From contig NQJD01000008.1 of the NCBI GenBank assembly GCA_004284765.1, forward strand, positions 60,001 to 92,000: a stretch of 32,000 nucleotides of DNA, written 5' to 3'. This stretch comes from Candidatus Electronema aureum (GTDB lineage Bacteria > Desulfobacterota > Desulfobulbia > Desulfobulbales > Desulfobulbaceae). Of this stretch, positions 1 through 7,891 are shown one piece after another (positions within the stretch are counted from its first letter, which is position 1; every line of letters starts with the position of its first letter). Below the pieces are notes generated by a model. The model worked only from the letters and a program-made list of their open reading frames with translations, did no database searches and was not told where the DNA came from. The position numbers and the translations under genes were made by a program.

Positions 1-124
1 GCTTGTGACCCGTGGACTCATTGCCAAAATGAGTGATCTCTTTCTCGATCTGACAGAGCAGACGCTTGCGCTTGTCAGTTATGCTGCCGCAGTCTTCGCT
101 GTCTTTACAGTCTTTCTTTTCCAT
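1..124 (-). CDS. Partial hypothetical protein; only the N-terminus lies in the window and the ORF runs off the left edge
   Basis: ATG at 124..122 is preceded by a GAGAGGGGG-like RBS. The frame stays open to position 1 (MEKKDCKDSEDCGSITDKRKRLLCQIEKEITHFGNESTGHK). It is missing from the ORF track because no stop lies in the window. I recognise no family. Confidence 0.25.
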   Translation of the reverse strand, partial: MEKKDCKDSEDCGSITDKRKRLLCQIEKEITHFGNESTGHK

Positions 125-253
125 GTCGTCGCCCCCTCTCGTTTCATTATCACTCAAGACCGGCTGTTGTCAAACTGAATCCTCAGCAGAGACGATGGTT
201 GCCCGACCTGAGCAGGCGGTTCTGTCCCCAGCAGCCCGCAGGCACCCTCTGCC

Positions 254-364
254 GGAGACACTACGGTGTCTCCAGTGGAGATACTAGGGTCACTCAGGGG
301 GAGACACTATAGTGTCTCGGTGGGAGATACCGTAGTGTCTCTGACGGAGATACCATAGTGTCTC
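254..364. repeat. Array of five contiguous palindromic units with an exact 23-bp period (GGAGAYAC-N3/4-GTGTCTC)
   Basis: Units start at 254, 277, 300, 323 and 346. Unit 1 is GGAGACAC-TACG-GTGTCTCC. Unit 3 contains the perfect 18-bp palindrome GAGACACTATAGTGTCTC (301..318). Unit 2 is degenerate. The leader CCGCAGGCACCCTCTGCC precedes the array, and a 12-bp palindrome CTCCAGCTGGAG follows at about 373..384. Confidence 0.9.
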
Positions 365-427
365 TTTTTGCGTCTCCAGCTGGAGAGGTTGGGGGACAGA
401 TCCACTCTCGCCAGCCCGTTTTTCCAG

Positions 428-456
428 TTGACAAAGACAGATATGCTGAGTAATAA
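428..456 (+). promoter_or_regulatory. Putative sigma70-type promoter for the 512..3977(5108) gene string
   Basis: TTGACA (428..433), a 17-nt spacer, then TAATAA (451..456), about 55 nt upstream of the ATG at 512. It lies immediately downstream of the palindromic array. The -35 reads TTGACAAAGAC, a one-base variant of the recurrent TTGACAAGAC. Confidence 0.45.
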
Positions 457-511
457 ATGTCTTTTCAGCTGTCATGCGCTGTATGTCATAATGAAAGATC
501 ACTGAGGCGTT

Positions 512-1201
512 ATGGATCATCTCGTAGTAGTGGGGTTTCTCGTCTATGCGGCACTGTTTCGCTTGGCGATTATCGCCACAGGCGTTGCAGCTATCGTCCT
601 CGGATACAAGCTGTTCTTGCGCGGCGTAATGGGCGAAGGCGGGACAAACGTCAACGCTGAGGCAGGGCCGATCAAGTTGACGCTTCATAACGCCGGGCCA
701 GGCGGAGTCTTTGCGCTGTTCGGCGCGGGTATTATCATAGTCATGCTTTCGCAGGGCAGCCCGGAACTCTTGATGAAGGATATGTCTCAGCTGACTGTAT
801 CTCCTCCTGATATGAACCAAAAGCCTGCGCATCAACAAGCATCTCAGCCTGAAAAAAGAGATGTGAGTACTGCTCTTCAAATACGCGGCGAAAATAACGA
901 TGACAAAGAGTGGAGCAAGCTAAATGAAAATGTAACCATGTCTGAAGCAGCAGAACCGTTGAGCAGCATTGCTCGTGTTTGGCTACAAGAAAAACGTACA
1001 GGTGAAGCTGTGGCAATGGCAAGATTGGCAGCATTTTATGGTTCGGAGAAGGATAAAGCAAACTATCATGCGCTGCTCGGTGAAGCGCTTTTTGAAAATG
1101 GCGATAAACAGAATGCTGTTAGTGCAATGCAAAAGGCGGCAGAGCGCGATCCACTTTATCGTGCGGCTTTAGCTCGAATGCAAGAACGTTTAGCAGAATG
1201 A
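512..1201 (+). CDS. Membrane protein with two predicted N-terminal TM helices and a TPR-like helical C-terminus
   Basis: Hydrophobic segments VVVGFLVYAALFRLAIIATGVAAIVLGY and GGVFALFGAGIIIVML. The C-terminus is helical and repeat-like (ALLGEALFENGDKQNAVSAMQKAAERDP). The stop overlaps the next start (ATGA at 1198..1201). Confidence 0.6.
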   Translation: MDHLVVVGFLVYAALFRLAIIATGVAAIVLGYKLFLRGVMGEGGTNVNAEAGPIKLTLHNAGPGGVFALFGAGIIIVMLSQGSPELLMKDMSQLTVSPPDMNQKPAHQQASQPEKRDVSTALQIRGENNDDKEWSKLNENVTMSEAAEPLSSIARVWLQEKRTGEAVAMARLAAFYGSEKDKANYHALLGEALFENGDKQNAVSAMQKAAERDPLYRAALARMQERLAE

Positions 1202-2517
1202 GAGGATTAGAGAAAATGGGTTGGTATAAGCAAAGGCAAGTCTTGTCGGTTCGGCTCGTGCTGCTTTTCGTTTTCCTTATGACAACAGCGGCAGTAAAAG
1301 AAGAGGCTGTCGCATCAAGTTTTGGTCGCTATCATGCTGTGGTGATTGGAAACCAAAACTATCAATATCTTGAGAAGTTGAACACACCTCTGAACGATGC
1401 ACGGGATATTGCACGGATATTGGAACAGCAGTACGATTTCAACGTGACGTTATTGCTGGATAAGAAGCGCGACGAGACAATGCGTTCCTTGTCAGAATTG
1501 CGTAGAACTATGGCCAAAGAAGATAATTTACTTATCTATTATGCTGGTCATGGAATTTTAGATGAAGATACTGATGTCGGCTACTGGCAGCCGATTGATG
1601 CTGACGATAGTGTTGTTAATTGGATTCCCTTTACTGATCTGATCACCTTGCTCAAAGGTCTTCAGGCGAACCATATTTTAGTAATTGCGGATTCCTGCTT
1701 CGCCGGTGCTCTTCAGATGACCAGAAACTCTGGGGCGGCTCTTGATTACGGCTCAGAGAGTTGGTTGCGTCGAATGCGTGAAAAGAAATCACGTACTGCT
1801 CTCACATCAGGCGGGATCGAAGATGTACTTGATGGAGGAGGTGGCAATCACTCGATTTTTGCAAAGGCTATCATTGATACATTACGAGAGAATAATACGA
1901 TATTGGATGGGCAAAGTCTATTTGATCAGGTCAAGCTGTTAGTTGTTAACAAGGCTGCTCAAACTCCAAACTATGATCCTATACGACTGACTGGCCACGA
2001 GTTTGGTGACTTTATTTTTATTCCAAAAGGACTCACTGAAACTTCTGTAGATAAGTCTCCAAAAGGTTCAATTCGCGATCTTACACGATCACCGAAGATC
2101 GATGAGGATAGGCGTGATTGGGAGATGCTCTCAAAGTTAGGTGAAGACGGATTAAAATCCTATCTCCTGCTGCACCAAGATGGCAAATGGGCCGGTGAGG
2201 CGCGTAAACGTATAGCTCGGTTGCAACCAAAATCGGAACCGCAGCGTCCAGTATCAGCGGCAAGAACGTTGACTCAGGCAGAAAAAGATCGGCTTGAGTC
2301 TGAGTGGCAGCGTGAGCAACATGCAAACAGTTCCTCTACGGCTCTGAATAGAACTGTGTCTAAGGAGGAGCAAGATCAGATTGATGATGAGTGGCAGAAG
2401 ATTCAAGGTGCTAGCACCTCCCATACCATCGAGGGGTTTCTTAGAATGTACCCTGTGGGCAGTCATGTGCCTGCTGTGCAGCAGAGGCTGGCAGAATTGC
2501 GTGCGCTCGGTCGATGA
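1198..2517 (+). CDS. Caspase-like peptidase (C14 family, orthocaspase/metacaspase-like) with an N-terminal signal or anchor and a C-terminal W-x-x-hQ repeat region
   Basis: Catalytic dyad context YYAGHG (His) and VIADSCFAG (Cys). The domain begins YHAVVIGNQNY. An N-terminal hydrophobic segment (LVLLFVFLMTTAAV) suggests export or membrane anchoring. The C-terminal half repeats DWEML / SEWQREQ / DEWQKIQ modules. The start could also be the M at 1216. Confidence 0.85.
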   Translation: MRGLEKMGWYKQRQVLSVRLVLLFVFLMTTAAVKEEAVASSFGRYHAVVIGNQNYQYLEKLNTPLNDARDIARILEQQYDFNVTLLLDKKRDETMRSLSELRRTMAKEDNLLIYYAGHGILDEDTDVGYWQPIDADDSVVNWIPFTDLITLLKGLQANHILVIADSCFAGALQMTRNSGAALDYGSESWLRRMREKKSRTALTSGGIEDVLDGGGGNHSIFAKAIIDTLRENNTILDGQSLFDQVKLLVVNKAAQTPNYDPIRLTGHEFGDFIFIPKGLTETSVDKSPKGSIRDLTRSPKIDEDRRDWEMLSKLGEDGLKSYLLLHQDGKWAGEARKRIARLQPKSEPQRPVSAARTLTQAEKDRLESEWQREQHANSSSTALNRTVSKEEQDQIDDEWQKIQGASTSHTIEGFLRMYPVGSHVPAVQQRLAELRALGR

Positions 2518-2548
2518 TTGTCTTGATGAATAATCATTGGTGGTTGAT

Positions 2549-3232
2549 ATGAAAACTGTACAATTCGGCATTGGAACGGCAGTATGTATTGCACTCAGCG
2601 GATGCACAGGCTTAGTAACCATGCCGAAGCTGGAAGGCTGCTATCCTGTGGATGCTCTTAGCGTATGGCAGCAGACTGCTCTTCATGTGGGGCGTGGCAA
2701 TCCGATACTTCTCATTGGTGGCAAGAAATTCGTGTGTACTTGCTATCAGGACAGCTCCTTGACCGGAATTGGTGAGAATGGCGGTGTGACCGGAATTGGC
2801 GAGAACGGCGGCGTGACCGGAATTGGCGAGAAAGGCGGTGTGACCGGCATTGGCGAGAAAGGCGGCGTGACCGGAATTGGTGAGAAAGGCGGCGTGACCG
2901 GAATTGGCGAGAAAGGCGGTGTGACCGGCATTGGTGAGAAAGGCGGCGTGACCGGTATTGGCGAGAAAGGCGGTGTGACCGGCATTGGCGAGAAAGGCGG
3001 CGTGACCGGCATTGGTGAGAAAGGCGGCGTGACCGGAATTGGTGAGAAAGGCGGCGTGACCGGAATTGGTGAGAAAGGCGGCGTGACCGGAATTGGTGAT
3101 TTTGCCGAATTCTCTTGCCGTATTGTGCCAGAGTGTCCGGGTTTTCAACTGATCGGCTATGGGCCGAAAGATGTCACGGTTCTTACTCCTGCCGGACAGA
3201 AGTCTGTCCCAGCAGGCTGCATCACTTGGTAA
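2549..3232 (+). CDS. Lipoprotein with 12.5 tandem nonapeptide repeats (T-GIGE[K/N]GGV)
   Basis: Signal peptide plus lipobox MKTVQFGIGTAVCIALSGC. The ORF track starts at TTG 2537, but ATG 2549 is more plausible. Twelve identical-length 9-aa repeats are flanked by Cys-containing N- and C-terminal segments. Confidence 0.75.
   Translation: MKTVQFGIGTAVCIALSGCTGLVTMPKLEGCYPVDALSVWQQTALHVGRGNPILLIGGKKFVCTCYQDSSLTGIGENGGVTGIGENGGVTGIGEKGGVTGIGEKGGVTGIGEKGGVTGIGEKGGVTGIGEKGGVTGIGEKGGVTGIGEKGGVTGIGEKGGVTGIGEKGGVTGIGEKGGVTGIGDFAEFSCRIVPECPGFQLIGYGPKDVTVLTPAGQKSVPAGCITW
2762..3099 (+). repeat. 27-bp tandem repeat, 12 full units plus a partial 13th, inside the lipoprotein CDS
   Basis: Units are ACCGGnATTGGyGAGAAnGGCGGyGTG starting at 2762 with an exact 27-bp period, so 3086-2762 = 324 = 12x27. 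Units differ only at unit positions 6, 12, 18 and 24, which are all third codon positions in the + frame. Confidence 0.95.
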
Positions 3233-3251
3233 ATTTCACTGAGAAGAGAGG

Positions 3252-3977
3252 ATGATAATGAAGAGATTTCCTGCTGTCTGTCTGCTTTCGCTGCCCATTC
3301 TGTCTGCCTGCGGCCCCTTGCCCCCTTTAGCAATAGATACGGGTGCGGGTGCGGCGCGGGCGTTGAACACCGTTGATTTGAGACAGCCTAATGTCACGCT
3401 CACATTTCTGTCCACCGGAAAAACGCACCGAACTGGCGATACGTTCCCTCCGCCGAAAACAATTGACTGTTCCCGTCTCAGGTTTGTCCCAGACGCATTC
3501 AAGGATGCCATTGAGGCTGGCGCACTCGTAGTACAGCTACAGACACCGCCAGAAGTCAAGAAGAAGGTCGTAGATAAAGATGGTAAAGAAACCATTGAGA
3601 TTGTGAAGATCAAACCAACTTACAGAGGCGTGCTAGCGTTGTGCAAAGTCTCCCCTCGTGCGACAGGGGCTGAGTCGCGAAGCTACCATATTCGCGATCT
3701 TGATGAATATCTTATTAAGGGTAAAGATAATCTGGTTTCTCTCGCCGTGGCACCACTGTCGCAGAGTAATCAGGCTGATCCATTCCAAGAATTGCTCAAT
3801 ATCAGTATGGGGCCTTCCTTTCAAGCCATCAGTGCAGGCAGGTCTTCCTACTCTTGGATGCTCTGGCTGACAGATAACCCGATAATCTTCACCGACTACG
3901 AGGCAGAGGTTGCCAGACGCAAAGCCTCAAAGCCCCGACCGACCACCCCAGCAGTGTCCACACCACGAACCCCGTAA
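3252..3977 (+). CDS. Lipoprotein of unknown function with a Pro/Thr-rich C-terminal tail
   Basis: RBS GAGAAGAGAGG. Signal peptide plus lipobox MIMKRFPAVCLLSLPILSAC. The C-terminus is KPRPTTPAVSTPRTP. I recognise no family. Confidence 0.6.
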   Translation: MIMKRFPAVCLLSLPILSACGPLPPLAIDTGAGAARALNTVDLRQPNVTLTFLSTGKTHRTGDTFPPPKTIDCSRLRFVPDAFKDAIEAGALVVQLQTPPEVKKKVVDKDGKETIEIVKIKPTYRGVLALCKVSPRATGAESRSYHIRDLDEYLIKGKDNLVSLAVAPLSQSNQADPFQELLNISMGPSFQAISAGRSSYSWMLWLTDNPIIFTDYEAEVARRKASKPRPTTPAVSTPRTP

Positions 3978-4040
3978 TCACGTTTTCTTTAACTCTCACT
4001 GTCTGAAGCTACCTCCCCACCCTCTCACCGGAGAACGATC

Positions 4041-5108
4041 ATGCTGACGATTCTATGGCGACCTGCACCAAATGCCCTGACCACGCCCAAGTCCTACCGC
4101 ATCCAAGCTGTACCGCGCAGCACTGACGGCTACGACGAGATGGCGGCGGACATCTCCGCAGAGCAGCCCATCTACAGCGCGGAGACGGTCAAAGGGCTTG
4201 CGCCGCTGATGATGGAGTGGATTCAGCGGCGGATGATCAACGGCAGCCAAGTCACCTTTCCAGAATCCTTCAGCTTCCATGTCTCTTTCACCGGCAAGCT
4301 GGACAGCCCGGATGCTCCGCTGCCAGAGGGCAACGACCTGCTTCAGGTCAATGTGCGCGTCTCACAGCCTTTTGTCAAAGAGATACGGCATAAGGCCAAG
4401 CTCGAACGCCTGCCCGCGACCGAGAAGGCACCGGTGATCATCTCCGCCGAGGACACCCTGCTCAAGCTCAACGCGGTGCTCAATCCGGCAGGCGTGCTGC
4501 TGCTCACCGGCAACGACCTTGCTGCTGATCCGCAGAGCGCAGGCAGCGTGGTGATTGAAGGCACCCGGAACGGCAGCGCAGTGCAGACACGCCTGCTGCG
4601 GGTCGGACCAAGCGAGATCATGCTGATGCCGGACATCCCGGCGCAGGATAATTCGTGGAATAACGAATACACAGTCACGGTCAACGCCCGCTACAGCGAG
4701 CATGGCACGCCGCGCACCGGCACATGCAGCCGCAAGCTGCGCACGCCGCTGCTGATCAACGGGCTGGCGTTTGAGACCGGCCCCGGCATCCTCAGCGGTG
4801 AGACAGACGCGCCTACTGCGCGGTTGAGCAGCGGCACGGCCAGCGCGTCCGAGCTACTGCGCATTCAGGCTCTGGTGGACAGCCGCACCGGTCAGCTCAC
4901 CTTGCGCCTCCTCGACATGCAGGAAGGCGGCAGGGCAGGCGCGGCGGTCGCAGTGACAGTGGATGGAGACTACGAGCTGCCCGGCTTCAGCGGCTCGGCG
5001 GTGCAGTCGCTCACCATTGCGGTTGAGAATCTCGCCGGACTGATCAGCCTGACACGGGACAACTACAGCGGCAGACTGGTGGATGTGTTGGATGTGAGGA
5101 TAGAGTAA
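4041..5108 (+). CDS. HU-like (HU-HIG type) DNA-binding domain protein with a DUF4469-like Ig-fold region and an extra C-terminal domain; paralog 1
   Basis: The N-terminal pattern W-R-P-x-x-N-A-L-T-x-P-x-S-Y-R..V-P-R..G-Y-D-x-M-A..I, then ..NGSQVTF..F.F..S.TGK, matches my memory of the Bacteroidota-type HU-HIG plus DUF4469 architecture (VLNPxGVLxLTGxNL ... MPDIPAQ ... YS.HGTPRTG..RKLRTP). RBS GGAGAAC. It is a paralog of 19159..20235. Confidence 0.6.
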   Translation: MLTILWRPAPNALTTPKSYRIQAVPRSTDGYDEMAADISAEQPIYSAETVKGLAPLMMEWIQRRMINGSQVTFPESFSFHVSFTGKLDSPDAPLPEGNDLLQVNVRVSQPFVKEIRHKAKLERLPATEKAPVIISAEDTLLKLNAVLNPAGVLLLTGNDLAADPQSAGSVVIEGTRNGSAVQTRLLRVGPSEIMLMPDIPAQDNSWNNEYTVTVNARYSEHGTPRTGTCSRKLRTPLLINGLAFETGPGILSGETDAPTARLSSGTASASELLRIQALVDSRTGQLTLRLLDMQEGGRAGAAVAVTVDGDYELPGFSGSAVQSLTIAVENLAGLISLTRDNYSGRLVDVLDVRIE

Positions 5109-5204
5109 GGTCATCGTCCCGGCGGTCGTCCTGTTTGAGATAGGGTAGCCGCTGCCACCTTCCTTCCTCGCTCGGTTCTTCTCAGTCCGCAAGCACCCTC
5201 TGCT

Positions 5205-5241
5205 GGAGACACCCTAGTGTCTCTGGCGGAGATACCGTAGT
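5205..5241. repeat. Second copy of the 23-bp-phased palindromic array: 1 full unit and 1 truncated unit
   Basis: The same leader CCGCAAGCACCCTCTGCT (about 5187..5204) is followed by GGAGACACCCTAGTGTCTC (5205..5223) and GGAGATACCGTAGT (5228..5241). The second unit breaks off exactly where the MITE-type TIR begins at 5242. Confidence 0.85.
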
Positions 5242-5259
5242 ACCTAATGTGCAACTCTT
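5242..5259. mobile_element. Solo copy of the MITE terminal inverted repeat (ACCTAATGTGCAACTCTT)
   Basis: 18/18 identity with the left TIR of the element at 8433. It replaces the expected GTCTC end of palindromic unit 2. The internal sequence that follows is unrelated to the 8433 element, and no convincing partner TIR was found. Confidence 0.55.
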
Positions 5260-5445
5260 GAAGAAAATGCCCAATCCATTGGGCGCATCCTGTAGAATAG
5301 CGGTGTCTAAGCCCTATTCACAAGGAGCGCGCCAATGGATCGAGACAGTTTTATTATCGCTGTCTTTCTGATTGGTTGCTCTATAGATCGACTCAAAAGA
5401 GTGTTTCTATTGTCCTGCCGTCTGTAACTCAACTTGTGATGAAGA

Positions 5446-6057
5446 ATGAAAAGAACGATAGGTCTGCCGGTAATAGCTGCATTGTTTTTGCTGACATTAT
5501 GGCCAGCTCCTACGCTGGGGCAGTGGAACATGGGCAAGACGATTAAAGACCTGCTTACCAAACGAGCCGAAGCAAAAGAAGAAAAGAAGAATGCGCAAGA
5601 CCCTAAAAAGACACCAGCTCGTTTCAAGGACACCGGCGATGGTACCTTGACTGACAGTGCCACTGGCTTAATCTGGCTGAAAAATGCCAACTGCCCCGTC
5701 TTTTTCAAGGAAGATACCGCTACCAAGAACAGCCGCAAGTGGACGGATGCACGGGTCGCGGCCAGCCGCTTGGCTCATGGTTTCTGCGGCCTGTCCGATA
5801 GCTCCAAGCAAGGTGACTGGCGACTGCCTGATCGCGAGGAGCTACTCACTGTTGCTAAAGATATCACAGGTAAAGACAAATGGTTGGCTGGCAAAGCCTT
5901 CACCGGCATCCAACCATTCTATTACTGGTCATCCACTGTGGGCGACCTTTACCCAGACTACGCCTTTTATGTCGGCCTTGTCTATGGCATGGATAGCCAT
6001 GCCTTTCAGCTCAACAGCTTCCACGTGCTGCCAGTGCGGGGTAAGAAGAAGCCGTAG
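5446..6057 (+). CDS. Secreted DUF1566 (Lcl C-terminal / C-type-lectin-like fold) domain protein
   Basis: Signal peptide MKRTIGLPVIAALFLLTLWPAPTLG. The family hallmarks I recognise are RFKDTGDGTLTDSATGLIWLKNAN, WRLPDREELL and YYWSST. Confidence 0.8.
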   Translation: MKRTIGLPVIAALFLLTLWPAPTLGQWNMGKTIKDLLTKRAEAKEEKKNAQDPKKTPARFKDTGDGTLTDSATGLIWLKNANCPVFFKEDTATKNSRKWTDARVAASRLAHGFCGLSDSSKQGDWRLPDREELLTVAKDITGKDKWLAGKAFTGIQPFYYWSSTVGDLYPDYAFYVGLVYGMDSHAFQLNSFHVLPVRGKKKP

Positions 6058-6063
6058 CTCGCA

Positions 6064-7440
6064 TCAGCAGGGTGCGCTGCCCGGTGTACGGGGAAAGGGA
6101 ATCACGTCGCGAATGTTGCTGATGCCGGTGACGAACTGCACCAGCCGCTCGAAGCCGAGACCAAAGCCCGCGTGCGGCACAGAGCCAAACCGCCGCAAGT
6201 CCAAGTACCAGCTGTACTCTTCCAGATCAAGCCCCGCCGCCCGCATTCGTCCTTCTAACAGCTCCAGCCGTTCCTCGCGCTGACTCCCGCCCACCAGCTC
6301 GCCAATGCCCGGCACGAGGATGTCCATCGCCGCCACGGTCGTGTCGTCGTCATTCAGGCGCATGTAGAACGGCTTGATCTGCTTGGGGTAATCCGTGACA
6401 ATCAGCGGCCTGCCTGCCAGCTCCTCGCACAAGAAGCGTTCGTGCTCAGACTGGAGATCGCTGCCCCACTGCACCGGAAACTCAAACTGCTTGCCTGAGG
6501 TGCGCAGAGCCTCCACGGCCTCGGTGTAGCTCATTCGGGCAAAGGGCTGCGCCTGCACCGCCTCCAGCTTTTGCAGTAATCCCTTGCTGACAAAGCGTTC
6601 AAACAACTCCAGTTCGTCAGCGCAATTGGCCTGCACGACAGCAACCAAGTCCTTGATCAGGGCTTCGGCAACGGCCATGTCGCCAGCAAGGTCGCAGAAG
6701 GCCATTTCCGGCTCCAGCATCCAGAATTCAGCCAAGTGCCGCGCCGTGTTGGAGTTCTCCGCTCTGAAGGTGGGGCCAAAGGTATAGACGCGGCCATGCG
6801 AGAGGGCGAATATCTCGGCTTGCAGCTGGCCGCTCACGGTGAGACCAGCCCTTCGGCCAAAGAAGTCCTGCTGGAACGGCTCTGGTTGGCGCAGCTGCTT
6901 GCCCGTCAGGGCGGTGACAGTGAACATCTCGCCTGCGCCCTCGCAATCCGAGGTGGTGATGATGGGCGTGTGCACCTGAACAAAGCCCTGCTCGCGGAAG
7001 AAGCGGTGAATGGCAAAGTTCAGCTCAGAGCGGATGCGCGCCACGGCCCCGAAGGAGTTGGTGCGTGGGCGCAGGTGGCTGATCGAACGCAGAAACTCGA
7101 CGCTGTGCCTCTTCTTTTGGAGAGGGTAGATCTCCGGGTCTGCCAAGCCGATCACAGTCAGGCGTTCCGCCCGCACCTCCACTGCTTGGCCTTTGGCGGG
7201 CGAGGCAGTCAGTCTGCCGCAGACCCTGACAGCGCAGCCCGTGCTCAGGCGGCGCACTTCGCTTTCGTAATTCGTCAGATTCGGCTCGGCCACCACTTGC
7301 AGCCCAGCCAAGCAGGAGCCGTCTGTCACCTCGATGAAGCAAAGACTGCCGGAGTCGCGGCATGTTCTCACCCAGCCCTGCACCTCCACGGTCTGCTCTG
7401 CTGGGGCGGTATGAAGAAGCTCTTTGATGCGTGGAAGCAT
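6064..7440 (-). CDS. asnS: Asparaginyl-tRNA synthetase (class IIb)
   Basis: Class II motifs [38 protein letters not shown] and [28 protein letters not shown] place the start at the internal ATG 7440 (MLPRIKELL), preceded by AGGAGAG, rather than the ORF-track start at 7533. Confidence 0.95.
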   Translation of the reverse strand: MLPRIKELLHTAPAEQTVEVQGWVRTCRDSGSLCFIEVTDGSCLAGLQVVAEPNLTNYESEVRRLSTGCAVRVCGRLTASPAKGQAVEVRAERLTVIGLADPEIYPLQKKRHSVEFLRSISHLRPRTNSFGAVARIRSELNFAIHRFFREQGFVQVHTPIITTSDCEGAGEMFTVTALTGKQLRQPEPFQQDFFGRRAGLTVSGQLQAEIFALSHGRVYTFGPTFRAENSNTARHLAEFWMLEPEMAFCDLAGDMAVAEALIKDLVAVVQANCADELELFERFVSKGLLQKLEAVQAQPFARMSYTEAVEALRTSGKQFEFPVQWGSDLQSEHERFLCEELAGRPLIVTDYPKQIKPFYMRLNDDDTTVAAMDILVPGIGELVGGSQREERLELLEGRMRAAGLDLEEYSWYLDLRRFGSVPHAGFGLGFERLVQFVTGISNIRDVIPFPRTPGSAPC

Positions 7441-7526
7441 GGTTTCTCTCTCCTGTGTTGTTATATGATCCAATCTCATGCTATGAAGCAGCGGGTAACG
7501 GCGCAGGCATTCAGCGAAGAAACCGT

Positions 7527-7555
7527 TTGACAAGACTGCGGCAGCACGTTACGCT
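7527..7555 (+). promoter_or_regulatory. Putative sigma70-type promoter with the extended -35 TTGACAAGAC
   Basis: TTGACA (7527..7532), a 17-nt spacer, then TACGCT (7550..7555), about 80 nt upstream of the ATG at 7637. The promoter plus leader resembles the one upstream of 19159 by eye (TTGACAAGACyGC..GCAGCAC.GTT ... GCATC..CCCTCCTT..CCACCT). Confidence 0.45.
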
Positions 7556-7636
7556 GACTGCATCTGCCCTCCTTTTCTCCACCTGAACTGTCTGAAACCC
7601 TCATTACCCCGCTTCTCTATCTAAAGGATAACCCAG

Positions 7637-7891
7637 ATGGTCACCACAACGCTTGACATCCGCACCCTGCGCCTGAGCCTTGACGACGTGCTCGCCTTGG
7701 TGCGCAAAGGGGCCGCAGTCCTGCTCACGGAAGGCAGCGTACCGTTGGCCCGCTTGGTTCCCCTTGCACCGCCGGAGGCAGGCCGCATCCCTGGGCTGCA
7801 CAACGGCAGCATGGAGGCAGCGGATGACTTTGATGCCTCGCTGCCCGATGACTTCTGGCGCAATCAAAGGCGGAGCAGGCCGCGCTCCTGA
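7637..7891 (+). CDS. Phd/YefM-like type II antitoxin-like protein with no adjacent toxin gene
   Basis: The N-terminus resembles prevent-host-death antitoxins (LDDVLALVRKGAAVLLTEGSVPLARLVPL). The C-terminus carries the common motif RIPGLHNGSMEAADDFDASLPDDFW. No toxin ORF follows before the convergent gene end at 7963. Confidence 0.55.
   Translation: MVTTTLDIRTLRLSLDDVLALVRKGAAVLLTEGSVPLARLVPLAPPEAGRIPGLHNGSMEAADDFDASLPDDFWRNQRRSRPRS

Noticed and set aside
254-364. The regularly spaced repeats could be a CRISPR array.
   Set aside because: The units are contiguous with a 23-bp period and no unique spacers. Each unit is itself a palindrome. No cas genes are nearby.
290-880. 196-aa minus-strand ORF.
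   Set aside because: It overlaps the palindromic array, the predicted promoter and the 5' part of the better-supported + strand membrane protein gene. It has no RBS or motif support.
2612-3148. 178-aa and 88-aa minus-strand ORFs through the 27-bp repeat region.
   Set aside because: They are open only because the repeat lacks stops in several frames. Inter-unit variation falls on third codon positions of the + frame, which also has a lipoprotein signal.
5392-5410. Possible degenerate right-hand TIR (CAAAAGAGTGTTTCTATTG) pairing with the solo TIR at 5242.
   Set aside because: Only the first 8 nt or so match the TIR consensus, and no convincing target-site duplication is present. It is mentioned in the findings as uncertain.
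5446-6057. The DUF1566 (C-type-lectin-like fold) protein could be a target of a diversity-generating retroelement.
   Set aside because: I could find no second copy (template repeat) of its 3' region anywhere in the window, and no reverse transcriptase or Avd gene. The gene abuts asnS.
6736-7530. 264-aa + strand ORF, plus other ORFs inside 6064..7533.
   Set aside because: They are antisense or out of frame relative to the unambiguous asparaginyl-tRNA synthetase gene.
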